DNA of 64,000 nt, taken from contig CM119372.1 in NCBI GenBank assembly GCA_051294905.1, forward strand, positions 19,594,001 through 19,658,000, written 5' to 3'. Below are positions 14,542 through 29,372 of this stretch, piece by piece. Made by a program: the position numbers and the translations under genes. This DNA comes from Botryllus schlosseri (taxonomy: Eukaryota). Every line of letters begins with the position of its first letter. Position 1 is the stretch's first letter. Below the pieces are notes generated by a model that saw nothing but the letters and a program-made list of their open reading frames with translations, was not told the DNA's origin and searched no databases.

Positions 14542-15169
14542 GATTTTTCCTCGTCCGTGTACTTTTGATAGTAAATCGTCATTTGGCGGGCTCTTTGCGA
14601 TTCCTCGCCGTATATCCGAGACGCTAGCTTTGTTATTAGGGTTGGGCAAAATTGAGTACTGGGAGATTCCTCCACTGCTTAAATCGGATCATTACAATTC
14701 GTACTCGAATAGTTGTGCCCAGCCATAGTTATTATGTCGCTGTCGACTTTTTTTACTGCCATCAAAACGAAACTTTTCAAAATGCATTAGTGGAATTTTC
14801 TTGATGTTCCGCGCATCAGACCAATGAAAGTATTTCTTAGCAACAGGTCACATGTAGCCTGAAGACTTATAATCAATCAAGAAAAGGGGATCTTCACGGC
14901 GACGTAGCGTAGAGCTACTTTCGGGTTAGGTCTTTCGATACCTACTGGCTCATGCCAAAGGCATGACTGTAAAACTTATCTGTGACTTCCCAGGAAGGCG
15001 CTCGGCACAGTGGGATAGCGTGTAGAGAAAATAGTGATGCTGGCTGGATAGTTTTGCTGCTCCTTTCGCATCTCATCGCCATGCACTTCGATGGTGAGGA
15101 TGAAATACAATATGCCTTGTCTGTTCGCAGGCCGAGGGGGTCGGAGTAGCAATAAGTTGTGGATGGTAG

Positions 15170-16319
15170 CACTGGCGTAGCAGCATGTGCTGCCGCCCCT
15201 GGCTCTCGCTTAAAATGCCGCCCCCTAAGTAGACTGCAGCAAATTTCGACATAGATTTCAAACAATCTTGTCAATAAAAATAATTACAAATAGCCAAAAA
15301 TAATAAAGACATAAGAAATAGCGAACGAATGTATTGTGAAAATAGAAAATCAATAGCCGCCTCAAAGCAAAATCAGCGATAATATCCTCAAATTCAAGTT
15401 TTTGAACGAAGTCTCTTTCAATAGACAGAATGCATAGAGATGATAACCGATCATCATTACTGGTATAGAACGTAAATAAGATTTAATCAGTTTAAGCTTT
15501 GAGAAGCTCCTCAACACAGCTCGCAATTGAAACACCAATGGTCAGATAAAGTTTCAGACACGAGCATAAATATGGTGTCGAATCAGGTAGCTTTGCATTA
15601 ACTAACCACTGTAAAACATCAAACGCTGTTGCTTTACGATAAAACGTGGTTTTACTGCTCCGCACCAGCCTCTTAACCCTGTTGAAATCTCAAATTGAAC
15701 AACTTTATATGATCTTGATCATATCTTAATTTGTGTTCGTCCTAGAGGCCTCATATTGGTTTGTACGAAATGCTAGCAATCTTCTGATTTGGTCAGCGTA
15801 AGGGCAGTCCTTTTCGCCTAAGGTTTTTACGCTGCCGATCGTTCTGGCATACTTCTTGGAGTCGCATGTAATATGTCCTAAAACGTTATATGTCTTGGTG
15901 CGTCGTGTCGCGGTATTGACCATCGCCGATGTGTCCATTTCTAAAAATCCTGCCTGCTCTTTTCTTGGGGGAAGAGTAGCCTACAAAATAATCATGATAT
16001 TTGGCACCTTGAAATCGCACGTAGCGCGACAATATTTTGCAAAATTGCATAAATTTTCAAAAAATACTCTATAATTTATGCTAATTCACGATATAATTTT
16101 GGGCCCCCTTCGAGCTCGCCCCTCCCCCAATTGGGGGGTTTGGGGTGCGGCAGTTACGGTACTGCGTATCGCATCTACGTCGTCAAAGCATCTCAATGGT
16201 GCAAGCGAAAAAGAATACCATATCTCTCTTTCTCACTGTGCAGCCTCATTTTGCCGCCCCCTTGGAGCCTGCCGCCCCTGGCGCAGAGCCAGAACCGCCA
16301 AGTGGCTGCTACGCCACTG
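15170..16319 (-). mobile_element. hAT non-autonomous element with a transposase C-terminal remnant
   Basis: Termini CACTGGCGTAGCAGC...GCTGCTACGCCACTG; perfect 8-bp TSD GATGGTAG. The interior is homologous, inverted, to both ends of 36664-40113, including the degenerate SFSKLKLIK dimerisation-domain segment. Confidence 0.9.
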
Positions 16320-17269
16320 GATGGTAGTGGAGTAAGAGCAGAGGTGTTCGGTAACGAAGTACTCGCTTTGCCTAATTATACTACTTATTCGAGCGGCTGT
16401 ACCTTACGCTACTTCCGCTTGGGAGTTTTTAAAGCACATATGCTTCAAGTCTTTGAATATGTTTGCGTCTTCGTACTATCGAAAGACTATGGTTTCCGAA
16501 AATGGTGATATTTATGGTAATTTCACGGGTCAAATTGATGGAAATGTGTTCAAAGACTAGTTCCTTCTCTGCAAAACTGAATAGTTTTGCTTGAAAAAGT
16601 TGTTGAAGTAGAAATGCCCTAAACCTAAAGCATGACCACTTCAGTGAGTATGAGTTGCGCAGTATTTAGTTACATGGCAAACCCTGATTATAGGTGGAAG
16701 TGGTGTCATAGTCGTACCGTCATATCAGTGCTGTCGAAACTAATAGCTAGTGAATCAAGTGCTAGCAACATTGGATTGTGCTAGCTGACTTGGAATGTGA
16801 ATTCTATCTGAACAATTTGTGAAAAAATCCCGTGAAAGATTGTTAGAACTTGTTACAGTGATTATCTACTTATTATACACAGCCTTCAAAGTAATCATCA
16901 TTTAGCATGGCAGTAACGCCGCGTTCACTGTCCGAATCCCTATGAATGTTTGTCGCTCAGATGGACGACGCAGATTAGCCGTGAGAATCAGTATTAGAAG
17001 AATCGAGGTCGGGATCTCCATTTTCGTGGTTTACTATGAAACGTGAGATCAGAGAGTCGCTGAAAAGTATACCCAATGAATTGAGAGAATCAATGAGCAT
17101 CATTAGGACTAGATTTTGCACAATTTTGAGGCGGTCGGATCGGATTCTATTTCAGATTTTGTTTCGGATAGTTGTAACAAGAAGTGAGTTTTGAATACAA
17201 ACCTAAAGAAAAAATTCCCCACCTTGATAACCAAACACGGACAGTAGGCACCTTCTGAAATGACTGGTA

Positions 17270-18330
17270 TCAGTATTAGTTTTATTAATATTTTCATCAT
17301 TTCAAAACACCACAAAACTGCGATACAATGAAAAGATAGGAAGGTGCCGAAACCACTTGGAGTAGTCTTTGAAATCAGACACCCACCCTGGCCTAGGCGA
17401 ACTAGAGAAGAGGCATATGCGCCCTGAATGAAAAGTAAAGCAGGGAATATAAAAGTCAAGCGAATGAGGTGGCCTGTGGCGGAAGTTGTTCTGTCTATGG
17501 TACGAGCAAATAAAAATCAGCTAACCTTTAACCATACCCTGTTTACTGTATCTCTGCCCACTTGGCATGCTCAACTGTAAAAATCTTCCACTAAGTTATT
17601 AAATGCGGATTTTTCGGATTCATGGAAACGATTCTTTGGATTCAAAAATCAAGATCCGCTCTCGCAGATTCACAGTCGTGAAAACGCAAGTCCGATTGCT
17701 GGTCCTGATATTATTGCACAACATTGTCCTGGCAATTAGTAGGCTACTTGTCCTTTGTGTATTGTTTGTTTGATTTTCATGGTCTTTGTCGACTACTATG
17801 GCCATTTACACTAAGCCGATATTCTTCATTTTTATTCCTTAACGGGGGAGATAGCGTAGTGGTGACGATAAGCGCCTGCACGTAGCAAGCACGCAGGCTA
17901 CTCTGGGTAGTTGTTGGCAAAACTGGTCTTTCAAGCTTGAGGTAACAGGCCTGCGTGCAATGTGGCACTAATTAAGTACGAATCAAAGACATATCAGGTG
18001 GATCGGACAATGAGCTGAGCCTTCAGGTAGGCCTACGCCGCAAGAAACCAGTCGAGGTGAGGACATGGCGGTGATATCGGAAAAAAGTGAACCTAATTCA
18101 AAGGCAGAAAATAGAAGACTCCAATCCCTCATGAAACCACTACATAAATAATCTGAACGAGACAGTCGCACATAAAGATGCGTCTGAATTCGTATAAAAG
18201 CGATACGACACCACAAACGAGCATCGGCTCCTTGCTGGTATGTCACCGGAAGCTACTTTCCGCTTATCAATAGCCACTGGCCGCGAAACAGACACCCATC
18301 CTTGTTACAACACACACAGCAGATCGAGGC
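17270..18330 (-). mobile_element. Degenerate LINE fragment (RT-like remnant plus 3' UTR)
   Basis: SSPRLVSCGVGLPEGS resembles the RT GVPQGS motif; 17300-17460 is homologous to 33195-33350. Confidence 0.55.
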
Positions 18331-18855
18331 GCTTTATTCAAATGTTTCGAAATCGAAATCATAGCAGTAAGGCAGTGAAAGAATGAGCATCAAATTTGTA
18401 TTTCATGGTTCGAGCCGTCGACGACGAGTCACTACGAAAATAAGATAAGGAATCAAAATTGAAAGTAAATATCAGACATATTCATATAAAATATTTTCGA
18501 TCCTATCTATATCGACGAGTAAAGTGAAAACGAAACAATAAAAGCGTAATACTGCCACAACGAAACGCATTCGAGTCAGAATACAAGCACAATGACAGGA
18601 AAGGGATTAGAGCACGTGTTCGGGGAAAAAATTCAATATCACGGCCTGAGCGTGAACTAGTAATAATTGCCCGCGGGCGAGTAGTCGACTAAATCAACAC
18701 TTGACAGATACGGTAAACACCATTCATTGAACAAGAGCATAGAATGCTTTACAGTCGATGTGAAATGCTTTACAGTCGTCGCGATTATGATTTGAAATTA
18801 AGTAGACGCAAGCCGTAAGCGTATGGTAAGTTTGCGACAGTTTGCTTGTTCCGAG

Positions 18856-21800
18856 CTATACCCAGACCCCTTCGGAATTACCGCCGGGCGACTGCGTCGG
18901 ATTGGGCGGTAAAGGCGAACGCGACCCGCTGATGTTTAAAGGGTTCGTGTCGTAGTAGCCTCCAGAAGGGCCTGAAAATAATAATAATATTTAATATAAT
19001 AATTTATAGAGCACCGAATATAGTAATATATCATTACTACACTAGGGCGCTGTACATAAAAGGCAACAAAATATAAAAGTAAACGATATGTAGGGAGGAA
19101 TGAACACTACTCTAGTTCGAACGCTCGTGTGAATAAAACGGTCTTGATTTTGTGTTTGAAAACATATAGCGAGTCACATAGTCTGATAGAAAATGGAAGA
19201 TTGTTTCACAGAATGGCGGCCGAGGAAAAAAAGGTTCTCTCGCCGTAGGTCGATGTTCTGACTCTTGGAACTGACAAGAGTTTTTGCGACTGAGAACATA
19301 GCGCTCTTCCGGGATTATACATTGTCACTAGCTCACGCAGATACGCTGGTGCACTTCCCTCCATGCATTTGAAGACGTACAGAAGAAGCTTGTATTCAGA
19401 CCTAAATTTCACGGGTAACCAATGAAGGGACCTAAGAATCGGCGCTACGTGATCACTGATCACGCTTCGTTGACCGAGTTACCAAACGAGCAGCGATGGT
19501 TTGGATCTTTTGTAGCATCTTTTGTAGCAAAATGAACCATGGAATAAAATAAATGCAATTGAATGATTGAAAATTGGGGGATTGCGAAGCCGCGCGCGCC
19601 GCCTTCATTACCGCCAAACTCTGTGATTATCGAAGTTACGGAGCGCAGCGCTGCTATTCAAAAGCGACATCAGGCGATGGTTAGACCAGCGCCAGGCACG
19701 ACAATTGAAGTAGTCAAACCCGAGACAACTTCAGTTTTCCGTTTTCGTGGCAAAACTAGGTCTAGAACACTTACTTTTTACTTACCGCGCTAGTTATCAT
19801 TACATGCATGCACAGCGACTTCCAAAGTAACACATGAAATCAAAGCAGCCTTGCGAAGTCACGATAAAATCTGGTGAATTCACATTATCGACATGCAATA
19901 TTTCAGTAAGTTGACATTTTATCCAAGAACCAAGTTTTTCTGGTCTAGTATTGTACAATATGTTATGTGATTCGAATGGGACCCAGATGACTGACTACTT
20001 AGATCATGAGATTTTGCTCGTACCCACTGCACGTTTTTTAGTGATACTATTTACGTGAACACCTACAGTATTCCGACATTAGACAGTTCACAGATAATTT
20101 ATAGGGTTTGGTAGAGGGCATGGCGACAGTCAAACTCTTTTCCATTTCGATGTCAAGAAACTTTGAAATACAGGAGATAAATGGAGGCCTATCTTAAAAT
20201 TACAATTCCATGCTCTAAGACGGTAAGTACTCCCAAAGCATCAAACGACACACAGAGGAACATCATATCATATCATATCTGGAGAACATTTTACTAAAAC
20301 TCACCCCTCGAATTATGGCTCTCTGTTTCAGGCGGTAGCACCGTTACTTTGGATCCCGTTTTTCTGATGAATTGCTGGAGATTGACTTGGCGCAGCTCAC
20401 GGTTTAACGATTCCACGGATGAATGTTTGGAACTTATGTCTACCACAAACAATAAATACATCACGATTGAAACTACATGTAAAGGCTCCGAAAGTTTGAG
20501 ACATGGAAAATCAGCCAAAATCAGCATGATGAGAGGAAGACAGACCTTCATTGTGTCGCAACACTGACATGCAGACACACACAAAAACACCCGGACAGTA
20601 ATAGCCTATGACTACACAAGCAGTTAACGCATTCCATGTCTAAACACAACTATAAAATTTATTCAGTATCCCTCTGGTTACTAAAGCAGTTTCACTGCAG
20701 CTAAGGAAATTGCACATCAACCATGATAATTGCCCCATATTCAATTAGAATTATGCAACATGCAATCAGAAAACATAATAGGGATTGAAACCGAAGTTTA
20801 AACAATAATTATTCCAATATCTCATATTTTCTGCAGTAATTTGACTGCAGCCAAAGAAATTGCAGTAACCATAATAATTGCCGCATATTAAACGCCAGTT
20901 AGGCAACATGCAATCAGAAAGTATTATTAACAATTGGTACTGATGTATAAACAACAATCCATTGATTATCCTTCTGTTTTTCTGAAGCAGTTGCAATGCG
21001 CTGATGAAATTGTATTTTAATCATAATAATTGCTGCACATGAAATGCCAGTTATGCAATATGCAATAAAGCATAAATAGCAATTGGCACTGAAGTTTAAA
21101 TGGCAATTAGTTGGAAGAATTCGGTAGTCGACACACAAAGCTCAATCAATTAAATGCTGGTTGTCACTGCCAGTCATTTATTAGTAGAGTCGATCACCCT
21201 TAACTTTCAAATTAGGAAAGGGAAAACGCAGCTGGAAGCTTCAAAATCAATCATCATCTCATTCCATCAACATAGTTATAATTGAAGAGAGTGTGTGATG
21301 GATCACAAGACCATTTAGCGGAACAAATAGCTTCAGTTCATATAGAATTCTGGAGAACATTGTAAACAAACTATGAACTATTTTCATGCTTATGAAACAC
21401 AACCAAACAAGGCTGAATAACTCAATTAATCTCGAGATTAGGCATAGGCTATTAAAATGCAAGTCCTATATTAAATAATTAGGGACGATATTAACACGGA
21501 TGATGAATGACTTGGCTGGTAACAAACACTACTGGACGTCTGTTAGGATACTTGAACTAGGTGCTGTAGAAAATAACAAATGCACACTAGTATGAGTGAA
21601 GCGAAAAGCCACACAGAGAGTATTAAACATTGTCCCAATATTATAGGAAAATTATGAATATTATGTTTCACCATCGGTATTGTTGCAACTTGCTAGCGCT
21701 CTTTACTATCTGCCGATGTAAATAAGCCAAAATGCATAAACGCCGTTGCCAAGGGGGATTGTAGATCGCTAATGCAAATACAATGATCTAAGTGCCTCAA

Positions 21801-24800
21801 GTAACTTCCTGCGTGATGCCGTCGTCTCATGAATATTTCAAGCCTGCGCTTTCCGAGAAGCTTTCTACATCGTAATTGACCGAGAAAGTAGCGATATCCG
21901 ACAAATAATTCATGCGCTCACCTTGGTCTCTCTTGGCGATTTCCTTTTCGATGTTCTTAATCTCGTCTGCCAGCGAGCTCAATTTCCAGTTGAGGTGCTC
22001 GATGTCGCGTTTGCTACGGTTGGCCATGTTCCTGTTGTTTTCGTTGGCGCGCTGCTGCTTGATCCTCTGCAGATGGCTCTCTTCGCTTATGGCCTGTGAA
22101 AAAATCGCTTGTGATCAAACAGGGCCGGGTTTCTACCGCGGCTTCTCGCTTGATTTAACCTTGGCAAGGTCCTCCATCTTGCGTTTGAATCCCGTAATGT
22201 CGCCGGTGGATCTGTCGATTTCAGCTCGGAGCCCGTTTAGTTCTTGATGAGCCTGGTTAGCTGATGAAAGAATATGGTTTTGACTAAAGCCATGATCTGA
22301 TCAGCAATTTTCGGTATGTCACAGCGTGGTTGTAGAGAGTCGGAGTGCAATAATCTTCGACTGCTAGACTGGGGATGTCGATACATTTCTTATTACTTAC
22401 AGGTGTCCAGATACATTCGTTCTAATGTATTTTATGTCCAAGCATAGTAATGGCTGTAAACCTGTTCAAGTGTTCAAACATATGACCTTAAGTTTTTGAA
22501 ATGTGCCTTAAGCTAGATGCCATATATTTTGTATATTGGCTTGATATGGGATATCGGCGAAGGTGCTAGTTGTCGCCTCAAAAATCCGATATCGGTGGGG
22601 CTGCAGTTTTGGTGCACCCCCTTTGCTAAATTTCATGAGGGTTGCGTAAACGAGAAACAATGATCAAGTAGACGCGCAATAATCACCTTTACTTTCCTCA
22701 GCGGACAATTCTTCCGTAACCCCGTATTCTCTGGCGTACTGACTTTCCAACAGACGGTTCTGCTCCTCCAATTTTGCGATTTCCGCCTGAAGAAGCACAT
22801 AACAACAACACTAGTCATGCGCGCCAGATAACAATTTCAATTCACATTACACAAGACCAATGCTTGTGACATAATACAGTACCAAACTACTCGATCGTAT
22901 GACATAGCCTATACGCAGACAAGTCAGTAACAAAGTACTTCTACTTTTTCAGAGTAGTCCTACTCTTGATGGTAGATTTTGCCTACTAACTTTAAAAACG
23001 ATTATGTGTTGAAACAACTTTCACTTCTACTTAACAGATTCTAGGCAAGATTACATTTTTCATCTTTGCAATTTCTAAAGTGGCCACATCGGATCAACCA
23101 CAAAAAGTACACGACACATCGAGCAAATCTATAATGAAACTAATTACTCCAGTACCATAAGATCTCCATTTTCTATTTTAATTTCATGTACTTTTGACAT
23201 GTCTTGTAAGTTTCTACTTCAACTCATAATTAAATAAAAATTTATGGGTTATTTCCACTTTTACTTGAGTAGCAATGCTGAATACTTAGACCACCTCTGG
23301 ACACTCAGTCCGTACCGACATCTCAAGCAACCATTCTTTCAAATCTCGCATCCTAACCTCGACATCCCGTTCTCTCTTCTGCATCACGTCGAGTATATTC
23401 TGAATATTGTTGTCCGCGTCCCTCAGCGTCTCCCTCTGCTCTTCCACGTGCCTCTGCTGCTCGCGGACCAGCCTAGAAAACTCCTCCCTGGCTTTCACGT
23501 CTCCTGCCAAGTTAATCGGCGCCGGAGTGTACGGCACCCGATACAGCTGCGGGTTCGGCGTCATGGACCGGGCCTTGTGCCCGGGCGGCACCAGCGGGGC
23601 TTTTTTCGTGACGTCACGCGGGTGACGTCGGCCGTCGTCCACCGACGCTGAGGCGGTGTCGGCCCACGACTTTTTACGCGACCGGGGCAGCGAGTTGCCA
23701 TGACGATAGGCGTGCCGGCCACCGTCGTTGGACGAAAAGTGATTGGGCGTCGCAGCACCGGCGGTGGAATTTCTGTTCATTTCCGATGTAGCCGGGCTTG
23801 AGCCGTTACCCGAGCTTCTGCTCTGGAGTATTTTATGCGCAGGGGGCATGAGAGGTACTTTCCCCCCACTTTTAGAGTTGACGTTTTTGATATGATCGTT
23901 TTTTCGCGTCGGCGATTTAGCCACGACGTCGCTCTTACTCTCAGTTGGAAACAAAGCTTCCGTAGCAGAGCTTACGCTACTCCCAGGCCTTTGCATGCTC
24001 GGAGGCATGAGAGCCACTTTAGGCCTTAGTTCCTCTTTCGCTTTTTTGTCAGGCTTGCCCTTCGATCTCTTGTCTTTACTTTTGGCGCCCTTACTGCTGG
24101 TGCCGGGCTCATCGTGGGAAATGTTGGCGCTGAACCGTTGAGCCGCTTTGCGGACATTGGCTGGCACCGACCCAGACGAAGTCCGGTCATATCTCGCCGC
24201 GACCTCATCTTGCACTCTGTTGTTGTTGCCGTTGCTATTTTGATGCTTGCCTGGAACGACACAAGTGAATAGTATAGTCACATGGAGATAAAACCTCAGT
24301 ATTTTCGGCTGAGACTGGTCAGAGGTAGGCTAATCGTCAGCGAGAAGTAGAGAATTGAAAAGAACATTGTATATGAATATTAAAAGTCGCCTATGCAACT
24401 TGGGTGGAAAGGTCTGGTTGACAAATCCGTAATCCGTTCGTGTACCTTTCGTGTCGTCGGTCTGTTTCGGATTGTTTCCGCCGGCTGTGATCGTCAGTGA
24501 TTTACGTTTCGTCTCTTTGCGTTTCAGATTTTGAAGCATTTCGTTCTTTTTGGCAAGAGGAGGTAAACTTTGTCTGAAACGTAACAATTAATGTCTTATT
24601 TACAAGTTACGAGGTAACCGTTGCCTTAATGTAACAATAAACATCATATTTACAGCATGAGCGCAAACACTCTCCAATACAGTAGATCGTGCAAACAATA
24701 TAGAACAGAAATTTTGCACTATGCATAGAGAACTGAACAGGATAGCTGATGTTGGAGGTAGTTTTCTACCTGATATTGAAATATCTGTAGTCTTAAGAAA

Positions 24801-26328
24801 GCAATTGTACGTGAAATAACAGTCCACACTCGGCCAGGTCATGCTTGCCAATGCCAAGAGTTTTAATTGATGAGCAAACTTACAGTAATATAAAAACAAG
24901 ATCCTCTCCCATTTATGACAAACAAAAGAAAAACGACCATTTTATTGCATGTCATACCATATTGTTGTTTCAGTATATGCACAGTGCACACACTGTTCTC
25001 ACTAGACCTAATGTGTAAAATCACCATTGAATTATTGCAGAGTGGAGATATAGATATTTTCAAAGCATTCTCATCACACCATAACAATATCTACTATCTT
25101 GTACCTACGCCTAGGTGTATCATTTATGGACTTCAAATTGTTTCGAATTCTACCATCGATGGTACCATATTACCGTATGCATTTTTCGATGAAATTCCGA
25201 ATAAAATAGAATCAGTTACTGTAACCTGTATGTAACACTAATTTACTTCAATGAACTGCTAGCGTCAAGAAATGTTCATTGTAAGATCAATTTAGATTGC
25301 AAAGTGCGGCATTATTATCAAGCGAAAGTTTTACACGAAACAATAACAACACCATAAAACTTGATAACAATGATGAAATACTGCCTAGTTAGTGTCCTGC
25401 AAAAGCAGTCAGAATAAAAATGAGAAATAAGCCCTATTGGCAGTTGTCATACGTCAAGCAATGAAGTATTAATACATAAAATTGATGGAGCATAGCAGTA
25501 AGCTATTCAGTAAATATTTATCAACTCCATCGCATTCCGTTGGTAACGCAAAATCAATAGTAAATCAAACCTGTAGACATTTCTTTCCGGAGCTTTCGCA
25601 TTATCCACATCGCTATTCGCTGTGCTGGCTCCCGTCCTCTTCAACAGAAATTGAACGTCAGAAGCATATTCTCCCCATTTTTCAAGTACCTATCAAAAAC
25701 AGTATTATTTCGAGAGTCGGTCGGTAATAAAATCAAGTGTGGAATTGGTTATTATATGCGAGAACCGAAACCACAATGACGAAAATTACCTTCACTGGAT
25801 GCTCACTCGGTGGCAGTAGTTTTTCTGTGTCTCTCCATTTTTCCACAAGAGTATACCTGCCAGTACGGCCTGAAAAATATGACCCAATCCATAAAAGCAT
25901 AATGTCATAAAGGGTATAATGAGCGTGTATTGGTCAGTGCCTTTTCATTATTGCATCCAGGTTAGGCAAGATGATGATAAGATGTAAGTAAATCCGTTTT
26001 AATAATTCATAAATGGCTAATCGCACTAAGACCCGCCCTTGAGCAAATATGACGAAATCAATTGCATTCTAAGTTTCTGCTATGTTACAAGAGGTGTGTA
26101 CCTTTTCATCTGTTCTATAATTCAAGCCTTCAGGCCTTGATACGGAATTAGTCTCCACAAAATTAAAAGCAAATTTCTCTTGAAGGTGACGCTTTCTCAC
26201 GCATATCAACACAACCGCCACTTACCCGTAGCTTGAGCCAATGCGATAACAACTTCTTGTACTGTGGTTTGTTCGGTGATTCCACAAACTACTCGTTGTA
26301 TTCCTTCAACCCATACTTTCAGTTCCAT
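18856..26328 (-). CDS. RASSF8: N-terminal Ras-association domain protein (RASSF7/RASSF8-like), 10 exons, about 662 aa
   Basis: Exons (minus): 26328-26226, 25869-25790, 25689-25571, 24573-24446, 24250-23316 (alternative donor 23295), 22786-22687, 22260-22160, 22093-21922, 20439-20305, 18971-18856; phases are consistent. It starts [50 protein letters not shown], contains RQSLPPLAK and [22 protein letters not shown], and ends NSEGVWV*, all matching recalled RASSF8 motifs. Confidence 0.92.
18980..19520 (-). mobile_element. L2/CR1-group LINE 3' fragment in the last RASSF intron
   Basis: [42 protein letters not shown]...YGERTF is a typical L2-clade ORF2 C-terminus, followed by an ATT-rich tail. 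Confidence 0.85.
20700..21110. repeat. Degenerate tandem repeat of about 150 bp x3 in a RASSF intron
   Basis: CATAATAATTGC...ATGCAATC-like blocks at about 20721, 20869 and 21021. Confidence 0.6.
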
Positions 26329-29300
26329 ATTGGAGTATGTGCGTCGTTATTCTCTCGTCCGAGAATAAAGGTCAAGTCGATGTAGATATTTATTGTCGAC
26401 TGGCCTACATAAATTATCCGCTGCACAAGGCCTAAAGCAGGCTGCTGAAATAAATCTCCATGTCAAAGGATAATTGTGGGATTGCAAAGTAGATTGAGTA
26501 CATGTTAGTCTTGAGAGGTCAGCAGAATGAAACAAGGAATTACTAATAATGATCGATATCATTGATTGAAATATTGTGGTAGCAAGGCCATATTCAAATA
26601 CTTTGATGACCCGATAAAGCAATGCCAGCAATAGGATTATTTTGCTCAACAAATTCAATGATAAATCCTTGGAAGAAGTAAAAAAGAAATCAAAAAATAT
26701 TTACAATGTACATGTCATGTTCATTGTTCAATAGCGATACTGCTGATCCCAAATTTAAAGTCATAGATATCCAGAGTCCCAATTCTCACATACAGGCGTT
26801 TCAGATCAATTAGTCAAAGACTCTATTTGAGGATATAAAATCTGCAGAGACAAAGCATTCTGAGTAGATTATTACACTGATCTCCAACTGACCTAATTTG
26901 CCCAGCAATCAAATTATGCATCCAATCACTAACACTTGAATATTATTCACTGAATCCCTGTGTAATACTACAGTCTTTTATTTATCACAGTTCCATGTAA
27001 TTAACACTATCCTAATTTTCCAGCTTACCACACATTGTAAGAACAAGTTTATTATGCCCAGTATAATCATTATACAGTGTGAAGTATATCCTCACCTGCA
27101 TCAGCTCAAGGCACTTTCTATGAAGTGGGTTCAATAGCAATTAATTCGGAAATGATAGTAGCCCATTCTCTATAATCAAACCTCAAAATAGTTTCCTGAT
27201 TGCTATGCTATGACTGAACAGAGACAGCCTTAGGCAGCATGTCTTGTCTATCATAAAATATATAAGATTCCTGAAGCATTCTTCACTATTCGGGTTTGGC
27301 AAAACAACATTATTCAAATTCCATGTATGAGAGAACATGATTATCAATGACAAGTAGTATGCTAAATCTTCAACCATATATTATATGCACTGCAGATTGC
27401 ACATACATATACCGGTATTTACAAGATACATCTGATAATTTCAGTCATGCGCAGTTTATTCAAGACTTTCATATCATTGGGTCATCATGCACATTGCACA
27501 GTTTAACAGGTTCAACAATGATTTACCTAAATTTGTGCGTGATTTACAATCTTATTATGGACGAGAAGGCCAATTGAAGACATCACAAATTATAAGATGG
27601 CTCCAAATCACAGACATAAGAAAGCTCATAGGCTATGCTATATATTCAGACATTTTCATTTTATAAATATAAAAAAGGCATCTTATTCGATTACAAGGCA
27701 AATATTGAATCAACAATCTCATGTTACAAGAGAAATACTATGAGATTTGTGACACTCAATAGCAGTATGAAACCAATCCAAGTCTATATTAGATTCAATG
27801 CTCATGATTATATACATACTACATAGTCGTCAGTCTGACATTGGCAAGCTTAAGTTGAGAGGGGTTGCTTGCGTAAAAAAGTGAGGTGCTGAATTGTCCT
27901 TGGTAGGGTAAAGAATAGGCCTACTGAAAACTGACTTCAGCAGTCATTTAAAATAGTGTATCTAACAGCTGTCTTGCGTGCATATGAACTTTCAGAACAC
28001 TAATGCTATACCGTAACCAATATATCGTTGGTTGGTTGGAGAGGACAGGACTGTTATATCAATTTCGGCTACCGACGACGCATGCTACTTGTAATATAGA
28101 ACTAATATGACAGAAAGATGAATCGTGTATTTTTATATTGCACCACAATCAAATTCTGGCATGTATCGGACCCGAGGTTCAGGGATTTCATATATTTGTG
28201 ACACGTACAATCGTAGCATGGTAAAAAATTCCTGCATACTGGCAAGAAAAACATAGCATAGGATCATTGTAGGTACACCATGTCATAAGCCAAATTTGAG
28301 CATTGCATCATGCGCAATCATGTCAGTGTAGCCTACATAGTATTTTAGCAATTTAATCTTTGTATATGAGTTTTAGTACATAATCTACCTACACTGCCAC
28401 ACTTATCATCAGCAAATTCCAAAAATATGCCGGATAGAGGTCTTATTATTTTATTCTTCTAACTTTTCTGTACAATCGCATTAACAAACTGGACTATTCT
28501 GCCTTGGCTTTGATGCATAACTTTATATCAACATTTCCAATTGCTCTATTTTTAAATTGCAAGTCAGTACAATTATTATGGGAAATACAACACTCGTCAA
28601 TCTCCAGATTTATGGTGATACTGAGATTTGATCACTTGCTTCATGATCAGTAGATATCACAAACATCAAGTCGATTTAGGGAAGTAGGCTATAGCATGGA
28701 ACACTATGATCGGTTCTATTTCGGAACAATAGTAGATGGAAGTCTTTCCTGTTTGTATCTTGTATCGATATCATTACAGTATGTGCCATGTACTAAATGA
28801 AACGACACACTACAACTCGGTCGTTACAATAGGCCAAGTTATTGTTATCACCTGGACTATACTATGAGATATGGCTCTACGAGAAACAATGAACATCTAC
28901 AACCATTGTGATTGTGACTATTTCCCTTACCCCACAAGAACAAAAAGTTGTGTTTGTTTCAGATTATATGGATTCCAAACTCTTCCAGTAAAATATCATA
29001 AGTGAAAAATGACTTTAAGAGTTGGCCTGCTATCTTGAAAATTGAAACCCTAAAATTATAACACGATATTCAAACCAAACACATTGCATTTGATAGCATA
29101 TGAATATACTATGCATACAACAGGTATTCACAGGAATAGATTTTATGAATGGAAAAAATATAAGTAACTATTGCAATCATTTACAATTACTGTGATTGAA
29201 GACTGTCATGTGGGTGGCTAATGAGTGAACGTATATTTCGTACAAGTAGTACTATAAGGGAGTATCAACACCAAAGTAGGCGATTAGTAGAATAATATGG

Positions 29301-29372
29301 ATAGCTTCAAGGCAGGTATATATAACATACGTAGGCCTAATTACGTACTGGTCCTATATAGGCCCTATATAT

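Noticed and set aside
11491..14675. Antisense and shifted ORFs over SMARCA5 (likewise over CDC5L)
   Set aside because: These are shadow ORFs of real coding sequence with no recognisable domains.
19666..19765. Alternative last RASSF exon
   Set aside because: It is in phase but has a purine-rich acceptor and no conserved motif, whereas 18971-18856 gives the expected EGVWV end.
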